This document shows, piece after piece, positions 24,234 through 37,195 of a DNA stretch of 64,000 nucleotides. Position 1 is the stretch's first letter. Each line of letters opens with the position of its first letter. The notes beneath the pieces are model-generated. The model was not told where the DNA came from. It worked only from the letters and a program-made list of their open reading frames with translations, and made no database searches. Made by a program: the position numbers and the translations under genes. This DNA is from Vitrella brassicaformis CCMP3155 (taxonomy: Eukaryota; Protista; Chromerida): the NCBI GenBank assembly GCA_001179505.1, contig CDMY01000613.1, positions 62,001-126,000 on the forward strand. The letters run 5' to 3'.

Positions 24234-25002
24234 TCAGTCTCTGGGCAGCAGCCTGGCCACGGTGAGGGCGACAGGGATGGGGAGGTCCATGGGCGAGGGG
24301 TTGAGAGTGCAGTAGAGCAGACAGCTGCCCACCACGAACGACAGGTGGAAGCCCACATGGCACAGCGACGCCCGGTTGTGCTCCCCCTTCTGGCCGTAGA
24401 CGATGGCCATCAGATACAGCGACGCGCCGACCGACGTCAGGGAGAGGAAGCCGAGCAGAGGCAGAAGCTGTGAGCACAAACAACACAGACAGACAGGAAA
24501 TTTAGCCGAGTGTCGTGCATCGATCTGCATTAGCAGTGAGTGTCTGGTCTGTCCTCGCGTGGGAAATCGATGCGCACCTGCAGTCCCTTGAGCGCCTGCA
24601 CGAGATGGTAGACTGTGCCTCCCCGCACCAGCGTCGTGTCAACCCGCCGCCTCCAGCTGCACACAGCAACACACACAGTAACACGCACGACAGTCAGCAG
24701 CTCTCTCTCCCGATATCCCTCATTGCCTTGCCTTAAATTCCCTCCCCACCCACCACCCCTTCACACCTTGTGAAGACAGGGGAGCGCCAGTGGTTGAGCG
24801 AAGTCACAAGAACGAGCGATGCCAGCGTAGCGAAGTCCCAGTGGTTTTGACAGACAGCCACAGCGATGGGGACGATGAAAGTGGCGCTCGAGGCCACCAG
24901 CCGCTGGCTGTAGCGCTGTGGGTACATCAGGGCGGACCTGGGAGGCTTGGAGGGATACAAGGCAGGCGGCAGTGCAGCCTTGGGCTGAAATGCGAACCTC
25001 AT
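24234..25002 (-). CDS. Small multi-pass membrane protein, unknown function (3 exons)
   Basis: Spliced: MRFAFQPK..LMYPQRYSQRLVASSATFIVPIAVAV..LASLVLVTSLNHWRSPVFT|SWRRRVDTTLVRGGTVYHLVQALKGLQ|LLPLLGFLSLTSVGASLYLMAIVYG..SLCHVGFHLSFVVGSCLLY; canonical GT-AG junctions in frame; about 4-5 hydrophobic segments. Confidence 0.75.
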
Positions 25003-25156
25003 CGGGCCTCCAAGCCAGACGGTGGTGCTCACGCCTCCCAGCAGCGGTTTTCGCCTCTCTCCCAATTTTTCGCCTCTTCGTGCGAGCTCAGCGAGGGGCG
25101 GAAGAGCGAGCGAAGAAGATGCTTGAGGCTGATCTGCCGTCTTCCTGACTCATCAA

Positions 25157-27503
25157 ATGTCGCAGATCTCCGCCCATCGATGGTCTGATGACGACGACGA
25201 CGCGGCAGATGCGGACCTGCCAGGCGTCCCCGTGGTGTACAGAAAGGGCCAGCGGGGCGACAGGTATGTCAACGAGTACCTCGTCGACCGATTCATCGCC
25301 AGAGGCAGCTGGGCCCGCGTGAGGAAAGTCAAAAAGGCCGATGAAAAGTACAAGGAGTATGCGGCAAAGGTATTCTATGCCAGAGATCAAGATCAACATG
25401 CATGCGGTTGTTCAGAGGTGTGTGTGTGTGTGTGTGTTCCATGCAGGTGTTCTTGCTGTCATCGCTTCAGTCGAACCGGACGGCAGTGTATGGCCCGGGC
25501 GGGCTCGTCAAGACCAAGAGCGCCCTCTCGAAGGTCGGTCAGACATTCATTGACACACACACAGAGGTGGTGCAGCAAACAAGTGGGTTGACTGACGTTC
25601 TGTGGCCGTGCCTTCTCATGTCCATCCATGTCAGGTGCTCGATGAGATAGCGCTGCACGCGACACTCAGCCATCCCAACATCTGCCGCCAGATGCAGGTG
25701 TGTGTCGGGGGATTTTTCCATCCATTCAGGCAAACACACACACGTCTTTGCCTCTGTATGTGTGTGTAGGTGCTGACGGACACTGACAAGGGCTACCTAT
25801 ACGTCATACTGGAGTACCTCGACGGCGGCCAAATCATGAAGTGGGACACCAAGAAGATGGCCTACTCGGTGCCCATGGACAACAAGGGGCAGGACCAGCC
25901 ATCGACATCGAGCAGCATAGGCGCATCGGGCGCCCTGCTGCTGCCACAAACGAGTAGTGATAATGGCGCGGGTGGGAGTGAGGAGGAGATGGCCGCCGCG
26001 GATGGGAAGAAGGTCATGGTGTACAGTGAGCACGCGGCGAGGCACATTCTTGTCCATGTAAGAAGACAGGATGGAGTGGGTGAATATACATGCAGTGGAC
26101 TGACTGGTGGCTGTGTTGGTGTGTTGGTGTGTGTGCGCAGGTAGTGTGCGGGCTGATGTATCTGCGTCGCGTGGGTGTGGTACACAAGGACATCAAACCG
26201 GAGAATGTCATCCTCACCAAATCCATCGCACATGCGACAGGTAAGTCAGTCAACCCACCGACCACCCCACCACGCACCCCCACATCGCCCTCCTCCCTCC
26301 TCCCTTCACCACCCCAGATGCCGTCCGCGAGCTGATGCTCCCCTCTGACGCTCCCCCAGCCGACCGACAAGACCCACCACGACCCCCCGCCCCTATCAGC
26401 CTCCCGGCCCCCCCTGCACCCGCCATCCAACACGACGACCATGAAGAGGACGATGGCAGTGACGGCCGCAGCTGGGGCGGCGACCCCCTGGATGACGACG
26501 ACATGATGGAAGAGGACGATGCGTGCGGGTCGTCCGATGACGAGATGGGGCTGCGGGGGGATGATGACGACTTTTGCTGGGATGACGCGCCTATCGTGGC
26601 GGAGACCGAGATAGAGCGATTAGGACAGACGGCACCCACGGCGGCAGCGACAGGGGCAGGGGCAGGGGAGGTGCGGCAAGAGGGAGGGGGAGGGGGAGGG
26701 CATGGAGGAGGGCAGGAGTGTGTGAGTGAGAGGCTGGGTGGTGCGTGTGGGTGGATGGCCAAGATAGTGGACTTCACCACTGCCGAGAAGATGGACCAAG
26801 ATGGACACCGATTTTACGACGCAGGTGGGGCGTGACTAACACAATAGATCTGGGTGGCTTCGTGTAGGTGCATCCATCTGTCTGTGTGTGGTGTGGTGTG
26901 GTGTGGTGTGGTCTGGTGGTGTCTGAGAGCAGACGGCACCCACCTGTTTGGCAGCCCTGAGTTGTTTGACTCGAACAAGTCTCAGTGCGGTGTATTGGGG
27001 CCGCCACGGGACGTGTGGGCTCTGGGGTGCACACTCTCCTGCATGCTCTTCGCAAGACCGCCGTTCTGGTAGGGATGTTTGCCGCCTGCACACACACACA
27101 CACACATGCACGGCCTGGTGGGCGGACGCGTCATTGATGGGATTTTTCTCTCAGGCACGAGACCCCACTTGCAGCCCAGTTTAGCCTCCTGCAGGACCCC
27201 CTGGTCATCCCGTCCAAGCCGCCAATCACAAACGAAGCCAGAGACCTCATCACGTAAGCCGACTGACCCCACACACCGGCCGACAGACCGTCAAGCGCTG
27301 TCCGTGTTTCCGTCTGTCTCCTGTCTTCTTTCCCCTCCCTCATCAGCCGCTTGCTGGACAAGGATCCGTTGAGTCGAATCAAGGTGGAGGACATTCTGTC
27401 GCACGAGTGGTTCAGGCCGCTGGTTGTGGCACTGGAGGGGCGACAGGACAGTAGCAGTAGCAGCAGCATTAGCGGGATGTGTACAGTCAATGGCAACAAC
27501 TAG
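25157..27503 (+). CDS. Ser/Thr protein kinase, CaMKK-like, with long acidic insertion
   Basis: VNEYLVDRFIARGSWARV, YAAK, HPNI, LYVILEYLDGGQIMKWD, VVHKDIKPENV, KIVDFTTAE, THLFGSPE, PPRDVWALGCTL, DKDPLSRIKVEDILSHEW. Confidence 0.88.
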
Positions 27504-28054
27504 CTCTGTTATGTGGGTGGGTGGCAGCAGCTAGCGGATAGATAGATGCTCGTGTGTGGTGTGCGTTTCGTCCGGCCATGTGTTGCGGATGGGATGTGGA
27601 CCAGTTTCTTCCGCCCGCCATTGAGATCTCCTTTCCCGCATCTCGTTTCCCGCATCGAGTGCATTTGTGAGACGAACAGACAGACAGACACACTGGTGTG
27701 TGAATTCTCTCACGTGGAACGGTTCAACATGCATTCCATCCATCCATCCATCCACCCACCCATCCACACACGAACATCCACACACATGAGATGGCTGTCA
27801 GGGGCTGGCAGGAAGGGCCGCAAGGAGTGAGGGCCACATGTGTCATCGAGAGCCTAGTAGTGGCAGCACTCTCATACAGTGACCCCACACCCAGGCAGCC
27901 AGGCAGGCCTTCCACGCCATCCGTGAGCCGACAAGCCAATCCGCAGCCCACACACATGTATGGATCCAAAGATGCACTACAGCCCCTCCCACCCCAATAC
28001 CCTCCCACTCGAGACAGTGCTGTAGTGCAATGTAAGTGAGTGAATTGTGTGTCT

Positions 28055-31000
28055 CTACTCCTCCTCTTTCTTGATGACGGTGTCTGTCTCATCCTCTCCC
28101 TCTCCCTCTCGGTCTTCCTCTCCCTCTCCCTCCTTCTTCTTAGCTCTCTGTCTGGCCTGGCTGGGCCGCAGCACTATCGTCCCGTCAGCCCTCTCTGTCA
28201 CGCGACACCTCTTCTTAGCGCCCTGCCTCAACATACTAACCAGATGTCCGGGCTTGTACCGGACAGACAGCACCACACTGTTGAGGGCGGGAAAGGCTGA
28301 AAACGCCACCACCACACACTCAGCGAATGAAGCGTAAAACTTGCGCGACTCTGTAGTGTTGAAATGATGTCTGATCTCCACGTCGAGTGAGGAGACACGG
28401 CCACTCTCCATCACCTGCCTCACTGCCTCTGTCTCTCTACATAACTTCCACTCCACAGACACGTTTTCCCAGTATACCCAATTGCCCTCTGCATCGAAGG
28501 TGACACGCTCGAAATCGTACGTCAACTGGACTGCTAACTCTCTGCCTTCATCTGAAACAAACCCCAGGCCATCAGGCAGCAGTGTGCATGTGGCCTCTGG
28601 GTTCGCGCGGGCAGACAATTCAAAACGCACCTTCTCTAAGTGGGGGGAGAGGGCATGCAGCACATCACCCGCCCCACCATCATACACACCCCTGCCTTCC
28701 CGTCCCTGCGAAACCATGACAGACGACACACTCGGGAAGAGCGATGTAGGGTCGTCCGTGATGTAGGAGGGCAGCTGCTGGGTGCCGCCCGCACGTATGA
28801 TGGTGAGCTCGTGGGAGTGCTCACACACCAGCGAGTCCAGCCCGGGGGCCTCTTTGATGGTGTCGGCGCAGGGGCGGCTGTCGAGGGTCACCTTCTCGGC
28901 CTGCCGGCAGCACACCTCCACCGTCGAGAAGGAGTCGGTGAGGGCCTTCTTGTTGCCGAAGAAGGGCAGATGGACGGTGGGGCCGCCCTGCAGCTCGCCC
29001 TCCTCGATGCGGCCGAAATAGTTCTCACACGCGTCAGGGGCCAGGCACTTGGTGCGAAAGTCGTGCAGATGCTGTGCAAACGACACACAAGACGAAAGGG
29101 TCGGGGGATAGCCATGGATGCGGGAAGTGTCTGTGTTTCTTCCCCACCTGTATCTTCTGTGTGCTGTGGATCTCCCCGATGGCCATCTCGATCTCCTCCA
29201 GGGGGCCTGCCTTGTCCCGCTTCGTTCCGACCAGGTTGCCGACGATGTTGCCGATGAAGCCAAGCGGGCCGCCCTCGTCCTCAGCCACTCCCACCACATT
29301 GATGAAGCCACCGATGGGGTCGTTGGAGAACTCGATGCGGCCGGTCAGCGACGTGAGGCTCTTGGCTGATATACACACACAAAGGGCGAGGACCGTGACG
29401 TCACACTCGCGGGGGCGTGCGCGGATTCATATCATCATCACCTGATGGCGTGTCGGCGAGGGCGTTTGCTACTTCGCTGAGACTCGCAGCGGCACCTCGG
29501 CACTTCGGATCCTCCTGGAAGCAAAGTAGCAACATGAGATCAGTCGTTCATGCAGCTATGTATCCCCTTCCCTCTCTGAGTGGCCTCCTCACCTTGTCGC
29601 AGATGATGTGCAGCGATTTTATGCCCCCATCAGCCTCGCGGATCCACCGATGAGCCCCAGCGATGGTGATGTCCACCACACTGAGGCCTTGCAGGTGCGG
29701 CATCTGGTACATGCGGTCCTCTGCCACCATCATCCACACCGTGCCAACGCTGGCTGACTCCACACGCTCAAACACAATCGGCTTCTACCGGACACACAAG
29801 GGGGAGATATAACAATGATGAGCGCAAGGAAGCCTGTGTGTCTTGTCAACGCCCTCACCTTGTTCTGTGGCAGGTCGACCTTCTGGAAGTCGCCTTTCCT
29901 CTGACGCATGTCTCGCTCCACGTTGTACTGCACCTGTCTCTCTGGCGCATGCTTGCCATTTCTGTAGATGGGATGCTCGTAGGGGCACTGCAGGTCCACA
30001 CTCTCGACCGTAACCGAGAGGCGCTCCAGCAGGTACACCAGCGACTTGGTGGGCCGATGACAGATGCGCACATCAGCACACTCGGACAACGGACCTGACC
30101 ATAACACACAGCACACCACACTTGGTCGCACACACAGATGTGTCGGCTCCCGCTCTCCTCACCGGCCGCCCATTTCTTCGCAATTTTCATTTTGGGTGAG
30201 TCGTCCAGCTCGACGATGGGGTGCATGCCGCTGGACTGTGTGAGGTGGCGGAAGAACGTGTTGACGCTCGCCAGCGACTCCAGGCACGACACGAAGCCCA
30301 TCATGGCACCCATACCCACACCGTCGGCCATCCAGAGGGCCTCAGGCAGACCCTCAAGATGCGACTTGGCCTGACATAGAGCACGAAACAGGGGGAAATG
30401 GAGGTGGGTTCCTTCGTTCTGTCTGTTGTCTTGTGCTGCGTTGACCTGCTCAGCGTCGTCTTCGTCGGTTTCGTTGAGTTTGTGTCGGATGGCGTCGAGT
30501 TTGCGGATGTTCTCCTTCATCTGCCTGGTAGCGACCTTGTCCACGTGGCTGATCTGCGTGTCGACGTCGGCACACACCATGCTCGACCACACGCGAATCT
30601 GACGATCAACCTCCTGAACAACACCACACACATAAAAGGAGAGGCTGTGTGTGTTGATGTCGTTTGATGTGTGTATAATGTTGGCCCTGACCTACTCACT
30701 CACCGAGATGCGGTGTTGGTGTTCGAGCGATTCGGCATCAGGGGCGGCCATCCTCAACTCATACACCTCACGAGCCTGGATGATGGCATCAACACGCACA
30801 CGCAGCAAACACACCACAAAGTCAAGTACTCCCTCCCCCATTCCGCCAGCCTCTCTTTTCCACGAGGTACCTGTTTCTCGGCCTGTTTGGCCTGCTTGAG
30901 TTGCGCTTCGAGCCTCATCGTCATCTGCTTCAGAGCCTTCAACGCATCAGCATGACAAACCTCAACTACATCCTGCATGAAGTAACGAAGCCAAACCACA

Positions 31001-31329
31001 AAACACACGGAAATGCACCCATCACCCATCAGCCATCTGCATCCCTGAGTCCTCATCTCCACATCCTCGTCGTCGTCAGACACCTCCATCTTGTCCCTCC
31101 CGCCGCCATTCTTATCGCCCTTACCCTTACCCTTCCTATCCCCCCGCTGCCTCTTCTTACCGGCCTTCCTGCGCCGCCCTCCCTTTCCAGACTCCGAGCC
31201 TTCCTCGTCACTGCTGCTGGTGTCGACGTCCATTATGGGTTTGCGTTTCTGCCCGCCGGCAGCCTTGAGCAAGGCCAGCTGCCGGGCCGTCATGCGATGG
31301 TCGTCCTCACCCTCACCTGCATCATCCAT
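28055..31329 (-). CDS. Lineage-specific hypothetical protein (multi-exon; N-terminal acidic/basic low-complexity and coiled-coil region)
   Basis: ATG 31329 (MDDAGEGEDDHRM..); long coding-like minus-strand exons 30631-30140, 29780-29420 and 29311-28055 linked by GT..AG introns; no recognised domain. Confidence 0.7.
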
Positions 31330-32072
31330 GGTGAGAGGGAGGGAGTGAGGGAGCGAACGGCAGATCTGCCGATGCGCAAGGCACGACGGGAACAGCGGAG
31401 ATCTCACCGTTGGATGTAAATCACCGGATACTGTCGAGACCTCTGCATAGGATTGGACGGAACAGAACGGCCCATTTCGATCCGCAACAGCGAGTTTGTT
31501 CTGCTGTTGTGTGTTGAGGATGGCAGACAAGGAATGCATTCATTAGATGTATCGACATGTCAGCGTTGGCGCGTAGTGCGAGTATGTGTGTGTGTGGTGG
31601 GCGGCACCGCTGGAAGATACGCCAGGCGGGCGCTGAGGATGGTGCTGGCATGTTTGTCGCATGATTGAGGGTTGATCGACGTTGACGCAGTTCGTTTCAT
31701 GAGAGACCGACAGACTCTGCCTGCCGTTGCGCTATGAGTTAACGTATGTCACACATCGACATGTCAGCCAGTTCACTCATCCACCCTGACTGACAGATGC
31801 TGGCTGGTCTTGACTGACAGATGCTGGCTGATCTTCTCTTCTCGGTCGTGTTTGTTGCAAAATCGACCGAGTGGTCTGTCTGTCATGCCAGCTGCAGAGG
31901 TGACATGACAAGCTACCTTCACGGACATACACATACACACAGATTCGTGCATTGCATTCGATGTGGTATGTCAGTCGGCAACACCAGCTACTCAGTCGGT
32001 CCGTATCAATGGGGTGTGTGTGTGCTCTCCATGCTATCGGCTGCATCTGCCTGTCCATCCATGTGTGGCTGA

Positions 32073-32297
32073 CTACTCCTCCTTCTCCTCCTCAATCTCA
32101 TCCCCCTCGCCACCCTCCTCCTCGTCATGGGCAGCCGCAGGCCCCTGCTGGTGGCGCTGGTTCTTGCGCTGTTTCTCGTAGTGCGCGCACAGCTTCTGCA
32201 TAATGCTGTCCTTCTTCTCACGTCTCTCGATCTCAACGCCCTTCATCTGCACAAACAACGACACACACATCACCACATCACACACACGTGCTGCCCG

Positions 32298-32330
<33 letters not shown>

Positions 32331-35300
32331 CGTCCAGCAATTGTCCGACATACCTTTGCGAACTTCTCGAGCGGCTCGCGCTTGTACTGCTGCCACTCCT
32401 CCACCTGCTGGGGATTGGGGGGCGTCTTCTGCAGAAGAAACACACACACAAACGCACACACACACGACACAGACGTATTCCCGTGTGTCTGTCTTTGCAT
32501 GTCTCTGTCTTACGGATGGTGTGTTGTCCTTGAGTCGGGTCTTCTTCTTGGCCGGCACTTGTTCGGGGGTGCGCATCCCCTCCTCGTCCTCACCCTCTCC
32601 ACCCGCTGCAGCAGCGGCAGCAGCAGCAGCCGGATGCTCATCCTCCTCGTGGTGGCGACGCTTCCCTACACGCTTCTTGACCTAGACACACACACACACA
32701 TACACACATCCGTGTGTGGGATGCCGCCAGTGTTTCTTTCTCACCTCCTTTGCGTCAGCCTTTCCCCGCAAGCCCCTCTTCTTCTTGGCTATGGCTACAC
32801 CCTCCTCATCGCCACCCATGTGCTCGTCACCCTCACCCTCACCCTCCTCCACCGCCTCGGCCCCCTTGGTCTCGTCATCCTTCCTCAGCCGCGGCCGGCG
32901 ACCACCCTTGGCCCGACCACGCTCCGCTGCCGCCCCTCGCCCACCGCCGGCCCCATCGCCGACCTCGGCCACCTCGTCAGCCGACACGACGATCTCGTCG
33001 TGGTGTCCCTGCGGGTCGTTGGCCTTGCCGACGCCCCTCTTGCCTTTCTTGAAGACCACGGGGCCGCAGGCGGCCTGGTGGGCCGCCGCTGCTGCTGCTG
33101 CTGGTGCTGGTGGGGGGTGGGCGGTGGCTTTGCGAAGGTCGGCCTCCAGCTGCAGTGCAGAGGGGGAGGAGGGGGAGGGAGACAGGTGTGCCTGTTGTTG
33201 TGGTGTGAATGGTATAGCTCCTGTGCTCCAGTCGGTTACTTGATTGTACTTCTTTTGGATCTCGGCGAGCTGTTTGTCTCTGGCCTGGATCTCCTCCATG
33301 GCTTTGGCCTGGATGTCCTCCATGGCCTTCTCGTGCTGAGCTTGCAGCTGCCGGAACGCCTGAAGATATCACAACACACCACCACACATGAGACACACAC
33401 GCATACACAAAGCATTCGTCGGCACATACATGTACCTCATCAGCCGCCTTTTTCTGCTCCTCTGCCGCGCCTATCTGCTCCTCGTGTGCCTTCTGCTGGT
33501 CCTCATGTGTCTTCTGCAGAGCCTCGTACGCCGCCAGCTGCTCACCCTGCTCCCTCTGCACACCCGACAGCGCCTGTCTGGTCTCCTCGAGCCGCTTCCT
33601 GAGCTGCTCGGCCTCCGTCGTCTTGTTGTCGAGCGCTTTCTGCTGCTGCTGGACGGCCTTCTTGTGTTCGTCGATGGCTCTCTTGTGCTGCTCGGCGGCC
33701 TGCACCTGCGCGGCGAGTGCTTCCTTCTGCTGCTGCTCGGCTGTCTGCTGCATGGAGGCGAGGACCTTCTTGTGCTCGTCGAGTTGCCGCTTGAGCTGGG
33801 CGGCCTCCTTGTCCTTTGCGGTGAGAGACGTCTGCAGGCCTTCGGTGATCTTGCGATGCTCGTCTGCCTGCTGCTGGGCGGCACTGAGGCGCTCCTGCAG
33901 CTGCACATGTGCAGACAGACAGTCATGTGTAGGGCCGTGTTTACTGTGTGTTGGGTGTTGTGTGACTTACCTCATTGACTTGTTTGCTCAGGTTGCCGAG
34001 TGCCTGCTGGTGCGACTGAGTGGCCTTTTGCTGGGCGGCGTCGTGCTGCTCCTGCAGGGCCTTCTGGGCCTAATGAATGAAGGGAGGAGCACACAGACGC
34101 CGTCGCCGTGTTTGTGCGGGCGGTGTGAGGTGTGTGTGATGCCTGCCTGTGCGGCCTCTGCTTTGGTCTGTTGGAGTTGTGCAGTGAGCTGAGACGCCTC
34201 GCCACTCCACTGGTGACCGTGACACAGACAGACAGACAGATCCAGCTGTTGGGTGCTTGCCTGAATGGATACCTTAGCGGCGTCCTGCTTGGCAGCCGAC
34301 AAGTCCTTCTCCAACTGGACAGGCCAGGAGAAGCAAAGAGAGAGACACGAATGACGCATCGATGGATGCCTGTGAGTGTGTGGTTGCTTGCCGGCAATAC
34401 CTGTTGGCACGACTGCTGCAGCTGTTTGGTCTGCTCCTCTAGCTCCTTCTTGGCACGCTCCACCTGCACACACTAAGGCAACACAACCACAGTGGCGCCT
34501 TGTGAGCCATGGCGGTCTGACCGACTGAGCTACCTCTGCTATGCGGCTCTTGTGTTGTTCCTCCGTGTATGCGAGGCAACGCTCCAAATCGGCCTTCTCA
34601 CTCAACAACTGCACACATGGATGGATGGATGGACGACACACAACGAAGGAACGACATGGATGATGTGGTCTGCTCGGTCACCTACCTCTTCTATGCGCTT
34701 GTTTGCCTTCTCGAGGGAATCGCGGAGACCGCCGTTCTGCTGGATGAGCTGCACACAGATGTCAGATGGGGGCGGGGCGCTGTGTCGTGTGGGGTGTGCC
34801 TTGCTTGCATTTGTGTGTGTCTGTGTGTGCGCACTCCGTCCTTCTCCTTCTGTGCGGCCTGCATCGCTTCAGTCAGCTCCGTCGAGTGCGTACGCTCCGC
34901 CTGAGGATGGATTGGATGAAGAACCCTCCCTGCCTTGATGCCCACCTCGGCTGCCTTCTTCTCGGCCTGACTGGCCGCCTCCGCCATCTTACGCCGAACC
35001 TCCTCCTCAACCTGCACACTCACACAGACACACACACACACACACACAGACACACAGACACAGACACACACACGAATCAGTTGTCTGTGTGTGCGTGTCC
35101 GATGACATGTTTGAGCAAACGGACCTCTGCTACACGGCCCTCCATCTGTGTGGCACGCTGCAGCAGCTCAGCTTTCTCACCAGACAGCTGCCACACACAG
35201 AAGAGTCCGACAATTGTGTAGGGTGTCGGAATGGTGCGCTGTGGGTACCCTACCTCGTTGATCTCTTTGCTCAGCTGGGCGAGCGCGTGTTGGTGCGACT

Positions 35301-37093
35301 GAACAGCAATGTGCCAGATACACACACAACTGTGAGTGGGGGTGGAGGTGGGGGTGGGGCGGGATGGGGTGTGTGTCATGATGATACCTCCAGTAGCTTC
35401 GCCATCTCCTTGTCCTTCTCCGCGCGCACCTGCTGTGTCATCTCCTCAGCCGCACGACGCTCCTGAACACACAGACACACCTTCCCCCCCACTCCTCCTC
35501 TCCCAAAGCCCCCAACCCTCTGTGTGTGGACGTACCTGGTCGGCTTGCTCCTGCAGCTGCGTGATGGCCTCCTGGTGAGTCTGCATGCAGGAAATACACC
35601 GCACCTTCTGCCGCCGCTGCTTGTGCACTTGTGTCCGTCCGTCAACCACCACCTCCCCCNNNNNNNNNNNNNNNNNNNNNNNNNNNNNNNNNNNNNNNNN
35701 NNNNNNNNNNNNNNNNNNNNNNNNNNNNNNNNNNNNNNNNNNNNNNNNNNNNNNNNNNNNNNNNNNNNNNNNNNNNNNNNNNNNNNNNNNNNNNNNNNNN
35801 NNNNNNNNNNNNNNNNNNNNNNNNNNNNNNNNNNNNNNNNNNNNNNNNNNNNNNNNNNNNNNNNNNNNNNNNNNNNNNNNNNNNNNNNNNNNNNNNNNNN
35901 NNNNNNNNNNNNNNNNNNNNNNNNNNNNNNNNNNNNNNNNNNNNNNNNNNNNNNNNNNNCCACCTTGATGAGCATGTCCCTCTCGTGGTGCATGTCCTTC
36001 TTCCCGCTGTTGTGCAGGTCGTGTATGATGGTGTCGGCCGCCACACGCGACTGCATAACACCACCCACAGTCACGACAACACAACATGTGTTCGTTCAGA
36101 TGAAGGATGGGATGGGGGTGTTGGACCACCCGCGCCTTCCACGAACCTCTTGGTATTTCTTCTCCTGTGGGTACAAACACACCACACACACAACACAGGG
36201 TGGCTACACACAGAGTGGTTTGCGCACCAGCTCCTGCAGTGTCCTCACCAGTTCTTTGAAGTGTTTGGCGAGGTACTCCTGCGTCGCCAGCTTGCACTTC
36301 AGCTCATTGATCTCCTCACTCAGCACACGCACCGTCGTCTTGGCCTCAGCCAACGCCTTGCAGTCCCTGTGTTGTGTGCACAAAGAAAGAGCAGGTACAT
36401 CCTCCCCCGCCGCCCCTCCCCTGTGTGTGGGTGGATGTGTGTGTCTGGCGGGGTGAGGTGGCGGCAGAGCACTGACTCCTCTCTGATGCGTGTGATCTCC
36501 GATGCTGCGAAGCTGCGGGTGGCGGCCTCATTCTCTGGTAAGATGCTCTGCGGGCAGACGCACACACACGGGACACGGCCAGATGGAGGCCTTGGTGGGC
36601 CCGGGGGGTTCGAGGGTGCGGCGCGTACCCTACCTGCTCGTAGGTCTTGCGTGTTCCGTAGTCTGCCCACGCCATGACGTTGTTCCACTGCTGGTTCACC
36701 AAACGCAGATGCCCCTCGTACCCATACTGGACAACACAACACACACAACACACAACACACAGCAAACACACAGCAAACGGACCACCGGTCCGCCTTGCGA
36801 CCCTTCCTCTCTTGCACCTTCACCTGGTCATGCATCTCCACGTGTTTTTTCGCCCAAGCCGCCGGCGAAACGATCTCATCTGCCCGCCCACGCAGCGAAC
36901 AGAGCTGCAACGTTTTGGTGGTTTCAGCCTTTTCATTCTGTGTTCTTTGACCTTTGGGCGGTTGAGCGATGATGAAGGCCATCGGATCCACGCTTAACCG
37001 CGCCGTCAGAGGCGGAGATGACACCGTGACGCCGTCAGACACGGACGACGATGCCGCCATCTGGCCGTCGTCCTTCGTGGACGAGGACGCCAT
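32073..37093 (-). CDS. Long coiled-coil protein (E/Q/K/A-rich), many short exons, spans a gap
   Basis: Heptad-rich exons, e.g. LQERLSAAQQQADEHRKITEGLQTSLTAKDKEAAQLKRQLDEHKK; ends GDEIEEEKEE-TAG at 32073; start at 37093 or 36982. Confidence 0.75.
32298..32322. repeat. (GA)n microsatellite (intronic)
   Basis: gagagagagagagagagagagagag. Confidence 0.9.
34995..35072. repeat. (CA)n/(CACAGA)n tract; example of the (GT)n/(CA)n tracts found in most introns here
   Basis: cacactcacacagacacacacacacacacacacagacacacagacacagacacacacac. Confidence 0.85.
35660..35959. other. Assembly gap (300 N) inside the coiled-coil gene
   Basis: Run of 300 N. Confidence 0.99.
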
Positions 37094-37195
37094 CTCAAAG
37101 TCTTCACATGGGCGTCAAGAATCCGCACGAAGTGATCTCGCAAAAGATTTACGAAGCCTAGCCGTGAAACAGGCTGGCCGGGTTTGGCGGTACCG

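Noticed and set aside
32127-34192. Long plus-strand Leu/Cys-rich ORFs (491, 196, 189 aa)
   Set aside because: Antisense shadows of the minus-strand coiled-coil gene, typical of GC-rich DNA.
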